DNA of 64,000 nucleotides from Sphingobacteriales bacterium (GTDB lineage Bacteria; Bacteroidota; Bacteroidia; Chitinophagales; Chitinophagaceae): NCBI GenBank assembly GCA_016235125.1, contig JACRLZ010000005.1, positions 13,707 to 77,706 of the forward strand, read 5' to 3'. Shown piece by piece: positions 10,278 to 20,364 of this stretch (position 1 is its first letter; each line of letters starts with the position of its first letter). The notes under the pieces were generated by a model. It saw only the letters and a program-made list of their open reading frames with translations, ran no database searches and was not told where the DNA came from. The position numbers and the translations under genes were made by a program.

Positions 10278-10946
10278 ATGGAATTAAAGCAGATTTACAA
10301 AAATCTTTCAATTTCATTTTTTGGAGCAGGTGTTGCTTTATTATGTATGGTGTTCATTTCATTATTTTCAGATGACCATGTCACTGCACAGAATTTTGAA
10401 ATGATTTCATCAGCGGAGAATTATACAAAAGGTTTAATTGCTTACGGAAATGAATTGCGGTTGATTTTGACATTTGATAACATTTTTGCTGTTCTTTATA
10501 CAGCAGGTTTTACTTTCTTATTTATGGCATTGTCTTATAAAGAGAAAGCAATAAATGTGACAATCGCATTTATTGTTGTATTGGCGACCGGGTTGCTGGA
10601 TTTTTATGAAAATCATCATATACTCACTTTTATTACAACTGCCGAAAAAGGAGTCCCTGTCAATATGAATGAAGTGTCAGGCCAGATGACGTTGAGCCAG
10701 TTAAAATTTCACCTCAGTTATTTATCTTTATTTCTGTTTGCATTTTCAATGCCTGGTAATACTTTTTTGGAAAGATTATTAAAATTCAGTCTGTTCTTTT
10801 TGCAACTCCCAATTGGTGTTTTGGTTTACACATCACCACAAAACATGAAGCCGGTGTTTGAAATTCTGCGGTATAGTTTTATGCTGGGTGGTTTGTTATT
10901 AATTGCATACAATTTTTACTTACTTGGTAAAAAGGAAACAGTTTAA
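10278..10946 (+). CDS. Hypothetical multi-pass membrane protein
   Basis: 222-aa ORF with several hydrophobic segments, co-oriented inside the PUL; no family recognised. Confidence 0.75.
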   Translation: MELKQIYKNLSISFFGAGVALLCMVFISLFSDDHVTAQNFEMISSAENYTKGLIAYGNELRLILTFDNIFAVLYTAGFTFLFMALSYKEKAINVTIAFIVVLATGLLDFYENHHILTFITTAEKGVPVNMNEVSGQMTLSQLKFHLSYLSLFLFAFSMPGNTFLERLLKFSLFFLQLPIGVLVYTSPQNMKPVFEILRYSFMLGGLLLIAYNFYLLGKKETV

Positions 10947-10957
10947 AGAAAACGAGA

Positions 10958-12112
10958 ATGAAAAAAATAGTAAAAATCTCTTTGCTTGTTTTAATCCTGG
11001 CGGCAATAGCGTTTTTTGTTTTTGCACCGAAGTATATTGACAAGTCAAAGAATAAAGTAACCATTAAAGGGCCGTTTGTAAAAAGCACATGGTACGATTC
11101 TATTCCTTTTATTGCTGACCTGCACTGTGATGCTTTACTCTGGAACAGAAATTTTTTAAAAGAACATGATTACGGCCATGTAGATTTACCAAGGATGCAG
11201 AAGGCCAATATGGCCTTCCAGGTATTTACTATTGTAAGCAAAGTTCCAAAGGGAATTAATATAGAAAAAAATGATTCTCACTCCGACCAGATTGGGTTAC
11301 TCAGCTTTGCACAGTTGCAGCCCCCTGCAAACTGGTTTAATGTAAAGAAGAGGGCACTGTATCAATGCCGTTCATTACACAGATTTGCCAAAAAATCTAA
11401 TGGTCAGTTCAGGGTTATAACAAACAAAAAAGAATTGCAGCAGTTTATTACCGACAGGGAAAAGAATCGCCGGCTTACTTCCGGTATGCTGGGCATTGAA
11501 GGCGCCCATTGTTTGGAAAATGATTTGAATAGCATGGATGAATTTTATAAAGCAGGTGTACGCTACATCGGTCTTGCTCATTTTTTTGATAATGAATGGG
11601 CAGGTTCAGCTCATGGAATGATTAAAGGCGGATTAACAGAAAAGGGAATTCAGTTAATTAAAAAAATGGATAGCCTGCACATAATAATTGACCTGGCCCA
11701 TTCATCGCAACAAACCATCAGCGATGTTTTTACATATCACAGCGGCCCTCTTTTAGTATCGCATACAGGGGTAAAAGGGATTTGTAATAACCAGCGCAAC
11801 CTTTCCGATGAACAGTTGATGGAAATAGGGAACCGTAACGGTTTGGTTGGAGTGGGCTTATGGGAAACAGCGGTGTGTGGTAAAGATGCAGCAGCCACAG
11901 CAAAGACAATTAAATATGTGGCAGATAAAATTGGCATTGATAGAGTTGCCCTGGGCTCCGATTGGGATGGAGCTTATGAAATGCACTTTGATGTTACCGG
12001 CACCCCTTTGATTGTTACAGAACTGGAAAAGCTTGGTTTTGCCAGATCAGAAATAGAAAAAATAATGGGAGGAAATGTCAGGGATTTCTTTTTAAAGAAT
12101 TTACCAGACTGA
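10958..12112 (+). CDS. Membrane dipeptidase (peptidase M19 family)
   Basis: Metal ligands IADLHCD, GIEG, IDLAHSS, SHTG and GSDWDG; N-terminal anchor. Confidence 0.9.
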   Translation: MKKIVKISLLVLILAAIAFFVFAPKYIDKSKNKVTIKGPFVKSTWYDSIPFIADLHCDALLWNRNFLKEHDYGHVDLPRMQKANMAFQVFTIVSKVPKGINIEKNDSHSDQIGLLSFAQLQPPANWFNVKKRALYQCRSLHRFAKKSNGQFRVITNKKELQQFITDREKNRRLTSGMLGIEGAHCLENDLNSMDEFYKAGVRYIGLAHFFDNEWAGSAHGMIKGGLTEKGIQLIKKMDSLHIIIDLAHSSQQTISDVFTYHSGPLLVSHTGVKGICNNQRNLSDEQLMEIGNRNGLVGVGLWETAVCGKDAAATAKTIKYVADKIGIDRVALGSDWDGAYEMHFDVTGTPLIVTELEKLGFARSEIEKIMGGNVRDFFLKNLPD

Positions 12113-12139
12113 AAAAATATTGGAATTATATTATCAGTT

Positions 12140-14101
12140 ATGAAAAAAAAGTGTTTCTTATTTTTTGCCGTTTTGTGTTTTTCGTTTTCAATACATTCAA
12201 AGGTTATTGTGCCTGCAATTTTTGCTGACAACATGGTGCTGCAAAGAAATACACTGATACCTGTATGGGGATGGGCGGGTGCCAATGAAAAAGTGGAAGT
12301 AAAATTTAATAAACAGACTAAAACAATTAAAGCTGATAAAAACGGGAAATGGATGATAAGACTGGATGCTGAAGCTGCCGGGGGGCCTTATGAGTTATCT
12401 GTAAAAGGTAAAAATATCATCCTGATTAAAAATGTATTGGTTGGCGAAGTATGGCTTTGCAGCGGGCAATCTAATATGGAATGGACAGTAGCCCAGTCTA
12501 TGAACGCAAAAAAGGAAATAGCTGCGGGCAATTATCCATTTATCAGGCATATAAAAATTCTGCATAGCATCAGTTCCTTACCTGAATCAGATTTCAAAAC
12601 TACCGGATGGAAAATTTGCGATGCGGCAACTGTTGGGGAATTTACCGGAGTGGGTTATTTTTTTGCCAAACGTATTTATGATAGCCTCAAAATACCCATT
12701 GGTTTAATAAATGACAGCTGGGGTGGCACCAATATTGAAACCTGGATAAGCCGTGAAGGTTTTGAAAGCAGCGATGAGTATAAAGAAATGATTGCAGGCA
12801 TGCCTTTAATAAATCTGGATTCTCTTTCTAAATTAAAAGTGAGGAGCAGTGAATTAAGAATTGAACAATTACAGGGAACAAAACTGAAAGACCTTAACAC
12901 AGGTTTATTTAAAGAACTTTCTTTTGATGATTCAAAATGGCCGGAATTAAATGCGCCACAACTTTGGGAACAGCAAAGCCCTGGAGAATTAGATGGCGTG
13001 GTATGGTTGCGGAAAACTATTACGCTGTCAGAACCTGACAGCAAAAAAAATGCAATACTGCAATTAGCTAAAATTGATGATGATGATATGACTTATGTAA
13101 ATGGCGTAAAAGTAGGCAGCACCAATCAGTGGGATGCTAAAAGAAAATATGCAGTTCCGCCCGGTATTTTAAAGGAAGGCAAAAATGTAATTGCTGTAAG
13201 GGTGGTTGACAATGTGGGTGGTGGTGGAATTTATGGTGACACCGCAGATTTAAAATTAAGTTTGGGCAATTCTTTTATTCCTTTAAAAGGCAATTGGAAA
13301 TTCCAGGTTGAATCTGTCAAAAAAACTACCAATGAAAATTCGTTGCCTTCCCTTTGTTATAACGCCATGATAAATCCGTTAATTCCTTTTACATTTAAAG
13401 GAGTGCTGTGGTACCAGGGAGAATCCAATGCAGAAAGGTCATATCAATACAGAAAAGCATTTCCATTATTAATAAATGACTGGAGGCAAAAATGGAATAA
13501 CCCCAACATGCCTTTTTATTTTGTGCAACTGGCAACTTTTTTTGCAGGTGGCAATAGTAATGTTGGTTGTGGTTGGGCGGAGCTCAGAGAAGCACAAACA
13601 ATGACATTAAACTTGCCCAATACTGGTATGTGTGTTACTACTGACCTGGTTACTGATCCAAAAGATATTCATCCGACTAATAAACAAGATGTTGGGAAAA
13701 GGCTTGCTGCAATTGCCTTGAACAATTTGTACAATAAGAAAATGATTTGTAGCGGTCCGACATACAAATCAATGGAAGTGAAAGGCAATGAAATAATTCT
13801 CTCGTTTTATAATTTTGGCAGTGGTTTATTTACTCCTGATAAATATGGCTATTTAAAAGGATTTGAAGTTGCCGGGGCAGACAGTGTATTTCATTTTGCC
13901 AAAGCATATATTAAGGACAACAAAATCATCCTCTCTTCCGAAAAAGTTTCTGATCCGATGGCGGCACATTTTGGCTGGATGGGAGATGCAGGTGAATGTA
14001 ATTTGTTCAACAAAGAAGGTTTTCCTGCTGTGCCTTTCCGAACGGATGAATGGAAAACCGCAACACTGCATGAAAAGTATAAAATTGAGAAATTGAAGTA
14101 A
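12140..14101 (+). CDS. Sialate O-acetylesterase-like (SASA) carbohydrate esterase with inserted jelly-roll module
   Basis: Signal peptide; GEVWLCSGQSNME, SWGGT.IETW, GVLWYQGESN, LREAQ and DIHPTNK. Confidence 0.9.
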   Translation: MKKKCFLFFAVLCFSFSIHSKVIVPAIFADNMVLQRNTLIPVWGWAGANEKVEVKFNKQTKTIKADKNGKWMIRLDAEAAGGPYELSVKGKNIILIKNVLVGEVWLCSGQSNMEWTVAQSMNAKKEIAAGNYPFIRHIKILHSISSLPESDFKTTGWKICDAATVGEFTGVGYFFAKRIYDSLKIPIGLINDSWGGTNIETWISREGFESSDEYKEMIAGMPLINLDSLSKLKVRSSELRIEQLQGTKLKDLNTGLFKELSFDDSKWPELNAPQLWEQQSPGELDGVVWLRKTITLSEPDSKKNAILQLAKIDDDDMTYVNGVKVGSTNQWDAKRKYAVPPGILKEGKNVIAVRVVDNVGGGGIYGDTADLKLSLGNSFIPLKGNWKFQVESVKKTTNENSLPSLCYNAMINPLIPFTFKGVLWYQGESNAERSYQYRKAFPLLINDWRQKWNNPNMPFYFVQLATFFAGGNSNVGCGWAELREAQTMTLNLPNTGMCVTTDLVTDPKDIHPTNKQDVGKRLAAIALNNLYNKKMICSGPTYKSMEVKGNEIILSFYNFGSGLFTPDKYGYLKGFEVAGADSVFHFAKAYIKDNKIILSSEKVSDPMAAHFGWMGDAGECNLFNKEGFPAVPFRTDEWKTATLHEKYKIEKLK

Positions 14102-14120
14102 CACTAAATTTTGTGCGGGT

Positions 14121-16751
14121 ATGAAAAGTATATTCCAAAAAATAACGGGCCTTGTTCTGATGCTTTGTTTATTTGCCCAGGCAGCATTAACACAATCAAT
14201 CACCTTACCCAAAGAATGCAAATTCAGTTTTGGCGATGATCCTGAATGGGCAAATCCAGCTTTTAATGACAATGATTGGGTAAACCAGGAATTGGGAAAA
14301 AGTTTCAAAAAAGATTCTTCTTACTGCTGGTACCGGATTAAAATTATAATCCCATCAGGTATGAAGACAACTAATGGAAAGGGATTAAAGGCGAACCTTG
14401 GAAAAATTGATGATGCAGACCAGACTTTTTTCAATGGAAAATTAATTGGGGCAATGGGCACCATGCCTCCTGATTATACTACACAATGGGACAAGAGCCG
14501 AACATATATTATTCCGGAAAAAGATGTTCAGTGGGATAAAGAAAATGTAATTGCTGTAAGAATTTACAATTTAGTTGGCGGTATGGGTATGTGGGCAGGC
14601 GATCCTTATTATACAATTGAACCCATTGGCTGGATGGATGAAGTTACCGTTAAGCAGGGTTACAGGGATGATGCGGGCAATGGTTTTATTTCAGAGTTCA
14701 CCTTGTCAAATAAAACGGATAACCCATTTAGCGGAACAATTAAATACTGGATAAGCAATAAAAACAAAACTAAAATTTTGTTTGCCGAAACAAAACCTGT
14801 TCAATTACAGGGGATAAAAGGAGATGAGATGGTTGTTGCATTTTCCAATTTCAAATCGGAAAGTGAAAATGTATTTCAGGTCGGGTATCAAATTAATGAT
14901 AATAACAGTAACCTTTTTTTGAAAAAGGAACAATTATATATTGCTACCTATGATCTTATCATCCCGGTTTTAAAAGAAGTAAAACCTTTGGTTCAAAATA
15001 GAATTCAGAATAATTTCAGTTCAGTCTCTTTTCAAAATCAAAAATTCACAGGTTATCTCGGCACACGGTTTACACAAAATTTAGAACTACGTTTATTAAA
15101 AGTTGATGAAGATGGTTTAATGGGTTCGTATTTAAACCGTCCCGGTATTCATGCCTGGCAGGGAGAACATATAGGAAAATATTTAGAAGCCGCTTGTAAT
15201 GTTTGGAAGCTTACACATAACCCGGCACTAAAAAAGCAAATGGACAGAATGATGTTTACCTTAATCAACACACAATTAGAAGATGGCTACCTGGGCACAT
15301 ATACACCCGACCAATACTGGACAAGCTGGGATGTGTGGAGCCACAAATATAATTTGCACGGACTGCTGGCTTATTATTCTACCACGGGATATAAGCCTGC
15401 ATTAGAGACCTGTAAAAAAATGGGTGATTTATTATGCAGAACATTTGGAAAAAATTCAGGACAAAGAGATATTATTTTAGCCGGCGAACATGTTGGCATG
15501 GCGGCTACCAGTGTATTGGATGCAATGGTAGAGTTATACAAATACACAGCGGATAAAAAATATTTAGATTTTTGCTATTATATTTTAGATGCCTGGGAAC
15601 AGGATAATGGGCCGCATGTAATCAGTGCTATTTTAAAAACAGGTAGGGTTACTGATGTAGGAAACAGGAAGGCTTATGAAATGCTTTCCAATTATGCAGG
15701 TCTGATAAAATTATATCAGGTAACAGGCGATGCAAAATTTTTAGAAGCAGTTGAACTGGCCTGGAAGGATGTAATTAAAAACCGCTTGTATATTACCGGA
15801 ACAACAAGCGATCATGAATATTTTCAGGAAGATGGGGTATTGCCTGCCGAAGCAAACGCAAATATGGGCGAAGGCTGCGTAACCACTACCTGGATTCAAT
15901 TAAACCAAAATCTATTTGCCATAACCGGCGATATTAAGTATTTAAACCAATTAGAAAAATCGGTTTACAATCATTTACTGGCTGCCGAAAATCCACAAAC
16001 AGGTTGCGTAAGTTATTACACCCCGCTGATGGATAAAAAACCCTACACCTGTTACATTACTTGTTGCCAATCCAGTGTGCCAAGAGGAATTGCTTTAGTG
16101 CCGAATTTTACTTTTGGGAATATTAAAAATGTTCCAACCATTCTTTTTTATGAACCTGCATCATATAAAGAAAGCATTACTGTTTCAAACAAAAAAAACA
16201 TTAATGCAACTTTTAAAATTGATGGCAATTTTCCTGAAAGCGGAAATATAACTATCGCTGTTGAAACTTCTCAATCTGCTGAATTTCCATTAGCACTAAG
16301 AGTGCCCACCTGGTGTACGAATTTTGTGGCAAAAGTGGGAAACACAACATACAAAGGAAATCCAAATAAGTTTGTAACGATTAAGAGAATATGGAAACCA
16401 GGCGAAAAGATAAGCGTCAGATTTGATATGCCTGTTCAGCAAATTGCAGGCGGAAAATCATATCCCAATCAAATTGCTTTTCAAAGAGGGCCACAGATTT
16501 TGGCAGTTGACAAATCGCTAAACGCTGAACAGGCATTTGATTTAATTGCAAATTCAAAAGAAAATATTGTGGCAGGGAAACCAAATGCTGTAAGCCAATC
16601 AAATATTTTACCTGCGAATTGGATTGGAAGACAAACTTACTCAATTGATATTTTAAGCAATAACAAAAAAATCTATTTAGTTCCTTTTGCTGAAGCCAGC
16701 CAAACCGGCGGCGATATGAGGGTTTGGTTGCCGTTGAATATTAAAAAATAA
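14121..16751 (+). CDS. GH127-like (beta-L-arabinofuranosidase family) glycoside hydrolase with N-terminal jelly-roll domain
   Basis: Signal peptide; HAWQGEHIGKYLEAA, KAYEMLSN, GEGCVTTTW, LEKSVYNHLLAAENP and TCC (Zn/Cys-type active site of the GH127 clan). Actual substrate unknown. Confidence 0.82.
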   Translation: MKSIFQKITGLVLMLCLFAQAALTQSITLPKECKFSFGDDPEWANPAFNDNDWVNQELGKSFKKDSSYCWYRIKIIIPSGMKTTNGKGLKANLGKIDDADQTFFNGKLIGAMGTMPPDYTTQWDKSRTYIIPEKDVQWDKENVIAVRIYNLVGGMGMWAGDPYYTIEPIGWMDEVTVKQGYRDDAGNGFISEFTLSNKTDNPFSGTIKYWISNKNKTKILFAETKPVQLQGIKGDEMVVAFSNFKSESENVFQVGYQINDNNSNLFLKKEQLYIATYDLIIPVLKEVKPLVQNRIQNNFSSVSFQNQKFTGYLGTRFTQNLELRLLKVDEDGLMGSYLNRPGIHAWQGEHIGKYLEAACNVWKLTHNPALKKQMDRMMFTLINTQLEDGYLGTYTPDQYWTSWDVWSHKYNLHGLLAYYSTTGYKPALETCKKMGDLLCRTFGKNSGQRDIILAGEHVGMAATSVLDAMVELYKYTADKKYLDFCYYILDAWEQDNGPHVISAILKTGRVTDVGNRKAYEMLSNYAGLIKLYQVTGDAKFLEAVELAWKDVIKNRLYITGTTSDHEYFQEDGVLPAEANANMGEGCVTTTWIQLNQNLFAITGDIKYLNQLEKSVYNHLLAAENPQTGCVSYYTPLMDKKPYTCYITCCQSSVPRGIALVPNFTFGNIKNVPTILFYEPASYKESITVSNKKNINATFKIDGNFPESGNITIAVETSQSAEFPLALRVPTWCTNFVAKVGNTTYKGNPNKFVTIKRIWKPGEKISVRFDMPVQQIAGGKSYPNQIAFQRGPQILAVDKSLNAEQAFDLIANSKENIVAGKPNAVSQSNILPANWIGRQTYSIDILSNNKKIYLVPFAEASQTGGDMRVWLPLNIKK

Positions 16752-16756
16752 ATTTG

Positions 16757-17659
16757 ATGAAAAAAATATTTGTAATCGGGAGTTCCAATACCGACATGGT
16801 GGTAAAATCAAAAAAACTTCCATCACCAGGCGAAACAATATTAGGCGGTACTTTTTTTATGAATGCCGGTGGCAAAGGCGCTAACCAGGCTGTTGCGGCT
16901 GCAAGGCTTGGAGGCCATGTTACATTAATTACAAAAGTTGGTGATGACATTTTTGGAAAACAAACAATTGAAGGATTAAAAAAAGAAAACATTAATACAG
17001 ATTATGTTTTTACAGATAAAACTGCACCATCAGGCACAGCATTAATTATGGTGAATGAAGATGGGGAGAATTGTATTGTAGTTGCTCCCGGCGCTAATTC
17101 TCAACTACTGCCGGCGGATATTGAACAGGTAAAAAATATTTCAGAAGCAGAAATTATTTTAATGCAATTGGAAATTCCCATTGAAACAATTATTGCTGTA
17201 GCAAGAAAGGCAAAGGCAAACAATCAGAAAATAATTATCAATCCTGCTCCAGCACAAAAATTAGATGATGAATTGCTGAATGGTTTATTCCTTATTACAC
17301 CCAATGAAACTGAAGCTGTTTTATTAACCGGAATTAAAGTTGAAGATGAAACAACAGCATCGCATGCCGCAAATATTTTTTTAAACAAAGGAGTGCAGAA
17401 TGTAATTATCACTTTAGGAAAGCAGGGAGCTTACTTTCAAAACAAAAACCTGAAACTAAAAATAGATGCTCCCAGTGTACAGGCAATGGATACTACAGCA
17501 GCCGGTGATACATTTAGCGGTGCAGTATCGGTTGCGCTTACAGAAGGAATGAATTGGGAAAACACCATAAAATTTGCAATAGAAGCCGCTTCCATTTCTG
17601 TTACGAGAATGGGTGCACAGGCATCAGTTCCGTATAGGAATGAATTGGATTTCCAATAA
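16757..17659 (+). CDS. rbsK: Ribokinase (PfkB family)
   Basis: GSSNTD, GGKGANQAVAAARLG, PNETEA, DTTAAGDTF. Confidence 0.93.
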   Translation: MKKIFVIGSSNTDMVVKSKKLPSPGETILGGTFFMNAGGKGANQAVAAARLGGHVTLITKVGDDIFGKQTIEGLKKENINTDYVFTDKTAPSGTALIMVNEDGENCIVVAPGANSQLLPADIEQVKNISEAEIILMQLEIPIETIIAVARKAKANNQKIIINPAPAQKLDDELLNGLFLITPNETEAVLLTGIKVEDETTASHAANIFLNKGVQNVIITLGKQGAYFQNKNLKLKIDAPSVQAMDTTAAGDTFSGAVSVALTEGMNWENTIKFAIEAASISVTRMGAQASVPYRNELDFQ

Positions 17660-17681
17660 GTCACCAATTAAAACCAACATT

Positions 17682-18680
17682 ATGTTTATTGTGGAAAATT
17701 ACGGACTGGCAATTATCCTTTGTGTCATTACCATGCTATGCTGGGGTTCATGGGCCAATACAACAAAGCTTACCAGCAAGACCTGGAGATTTGAGCTTTT
17801 CTACTGGGATTATGGTTTTGGTATTTTAATTACCGCCTTGTTACTGGCTTTTACATTGGGAAGCAATGGAAGCGAAGGAAGAGGTTTTCTTGCAGATATT
17901 AACCAGGCAGAAAATAATAATATGCTGTCTGCTTTTATTGGCGGTGTAATTTTCAATTTAGCCAACATCTTATTAGTAGCTGCCATTGCCATTGCAGGCA
18001 TGTCGGTTACTTTTCCGGTAGCTATTGGTATTGCATTGATATTGGGTGTAATTGTAAATTATATTTCAAACCCGCAGGGAAATCCGGTGTTAATATTTGG
18101 CGGCGTTGCTTTAATTGCAGTGGCTATTATATTGAATGCAAGGGCTTATCAAAAATTACAAACGGGTTCTTCGAAAGGAGTTTCAAAAAAGGGATTGATC
18201 CTATCGGTAGTAAGCGGATGTTTGATGGGTTTGTTTTATAAATATGTTGCCGTTTCAATGGTTACCAATTTTAAGGTACCCGAAACAGGAAAGCTGACTC
18301 CGTATACAGCTCTGGTGATTTTTGCAATTGGTATTGTAATCAGTAGTTTTCTTTTTAACCCGATACAAATGAAACGTCCCTTTATCGGTACACCGGTTTC
18401 TTTTTCTGATTATTTCAGAGGTTCAATAAAGGACCATTTCATTGGCATATTAGGTGGATTAATATGGTGTATTGGGATGTCATTAAGCATCATTGCTTCC
18501 GGTAAAGCAGGCCCGGCTATTTCCTATGGATTAGGCCAGGGTGCAACAGTTGTTGCAGCACTATGGGGCATTTATATATGGAAGGAATTTGATAAAGCTC
18601 CAAAGGGAACAAAACCATTGTTGAATATCATGCTGCTGTTATATATAGCAGGGCTGGCAATGATTATTATTTCCAAATGA
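17682..18680 (+). CDS. GRP/DMT-family sugar (ribose-type) transporter
   Basis: About 10 TM segments; MLCWGSWANT, LFYWDY and GPAISYGLGQGAT..AALWG. Start ATG 17682. Adjacent to ribokinase. Confidence 0.85.
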   Translation: MFIVENYGLAIILCVITMLCWGSWANTTKLTSKTWRFELFYWDYGFGILITALLLAFTLGSNGSEGRGFLADINQAENNNMLSAFIGGVIFNLANILLVAAIAIAGMSVTFPVAIGIALILGVIVNYISNPQGNPVLIFGGVALIAVAIILNARAYQKLQTGSSKGVSKKGLILSVVSGCLMGLFYKYVAVSMVTNFKVPETGKLTPYTALVIFAIGIVISSFLFNPIQMKRPFIGTPVSFSDYFRGSIKDHFIGILGGLIWCIGMSLSIIASGKAGPAISYGLGQGATVVAALWGIYIWKEFDKAPKGTKPLLNIMLLLYIAGLAMIIISK

Positions 18681-18931
18681 ATCAGTCTGCCTCCATTGAA
18701 ATAAATCTGGTAATGAAGATAAGTTTATTTTTAAAATGAAGAGCATATATGATACCGGACAAAGAATGGTTTTTTATAAAATGTACGAAAGAAAGAACAA
18801 GGATCAAGGAAGGGGTTACAGGTCCCGGCATCTGCCAAACCATTCGAATAGTGTTGCAAAATGGATTATTTTTGATCACATCCAATATTGAAAAATATTC
18901 ATAGCTTGAGTTTGTTCAGAAATCCCGATCA

Positions 18932-20353
18932 ATGGAAATACTTCATATAGCTGCGGAATGTTACCCCGTTGCCAAAGCAGGAGGCTTGGGTGATGTTGTT
19001 GGCGCTTTACCTAAATATCAAAGTGAGCTTGGTCATGTAGCTAAAGTGGTGATGCCGATGTACCGCACCGGATTTCTTTACGAAAACCAATGGGAACTGG
19101 TGCATGAAGGAGGCCAGTATCTCGGGCCACATTATTTTCATTACAGTGTCATCAAAGAAAAAACAAACAAACTTGGATTTGATCTTTATCTCATTGACAT
19201 CAATGGTTTGCTCGACAGGGAAAAGATATATGGTTATGATGACGATACAGAAAGGTTTCTATCATTTCAAATAGCCTTTTGCGACTGGGTGAATAAATGG
19301 CAACATAAGCCTGATGTTATCCATTGTCATGATCATCATACCGGGCTTATTCCTTTCATGATAAAATATTGCCTGGAGTTCAGGCAAAAACTTTCTGAAA
19401 TACCAACCGTGTTCACAGTTCACAATGCCCAATACCAGGGATGGATCGGCTGGGATAAATACTATTATCTCCCTGCTTTTGATTCATGGAAATGGGGATT
19501 GCTCGATTGGGATAATGTCATCAATCCAATAGCCTCGGCAGTCAAATGTGCCTGGAAAGTGACTACGGTTAGCCATAGTTACCTGGATGAGTTGAGAGAA
19601 TCCGCCAATGGCCTGCAGAATTTGTTTGAATATGAAAGGGGAAAAAGCTCAGGCATTTTAAACGGCATTGATACTCATGTGTGGGATCCTGTCACTGATA
19701 ACATGATCGTTAAAAATTATGATAAGGAACTGGTAGAAAAGGGAAAATGGAAAAATAAAAAAGAACTGGCGGGGCAGTTTGGTCTTGATCCCAATAAGCC
19801 TTTGATATCTTTTGTGGGAAGATTAGTAGGTGAAAAAGCCGCTGACCTTTTACCCGATGCAATCAGCCAGTCAATTTACCAGCATCATGGCAAGGCAAAT
19901 TTTTTGGTACTGGGTTCCGGCGATCCGGCTTTGGAAGGCAGGCTGGACCAGATGAAACAGCAATTCAACGGCTATTATAATTCATATATCGGCTATAGCG
20001 AACCATTGAGTCATTTAATATATGCCGGTTCAGATTTTCTGCTGATGCCAAGCCGGGTAGAACCTTGTGGATTGAACCAAATGTATGCGTTGCGGTATGG
20101 CACCGTTCCGATGGTGCACAATGTGGGTGGATTAAAAGATACAGTTACAGATATGGGCGACTGGCAGGGTACAGGCATCCGGTTCAACCAGGCAAGTGTG
20201 CATGACATCACCTATTCTGTAGGCAGGGCTATTGACCTTTACAAGAATAAACCTGACCTTTATACATGGATGCGGGGGCACATGATGAGTATCGATCATT
20301 CGTGGGATTCATCTGCACAACAGTATATTGATCTGTATAAGTCACTTAAGTAA
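18932..20353 (+). CDS. glgA: Glycogen synthase (GT5)
   Basis: KAGGLGDV, HCHDHHTG, NGID, MPSRVEPCGLNQMYA. Confidence 0.96.
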   Translation: MEILHIAAECYPVAKAGGLGDVVGALPKYQSELGHVAKVVMPMYRTGFLYENQWELVHEGGQYLGPHYFHYSVIKEKTNKLGFDLYLIDINGLLDREKIYGYDDDTERFLSFQIAFCDWVNKWQHKPDVIHCHDHHTGLIPFMIKYCLEFRQKLSEIPTVFTVHNAQYQGWIGWDKYYYLPAFDSWKWGLLDWDNVINPIASAVKCAWKVTTVSHSYLDELRESANGLQNLFEYERGKSSGILNGIDTHVWDPVTDNMIVKNYDKELVEKGKWKNKKELAGQFGLDPNKPLISFVGRLVGEKAADLLPDAISQSIYQHHGKANFLVLGSGDPALEGRLDQMKQQFNGYYNSYIGYSEPLSHLIYAGSDFLLMPSRVEPCGLNQMYALRYGTVPMVHNVGGLKDTVTDMGDWQGTGIRFNQASVHDITYSVGRAIDLYKNKPDLYTWMRGHMMSIDHSWDSSAQQYIDLYKSLK

Positions 20354-20364
20354 AAAGATAGGTT

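Noticed and set aside
18682-18885. 67-aa minus-strand ORF between the PUL and glgA
   Set aside because: No motif or convincing initiation context; treated as intergenic.
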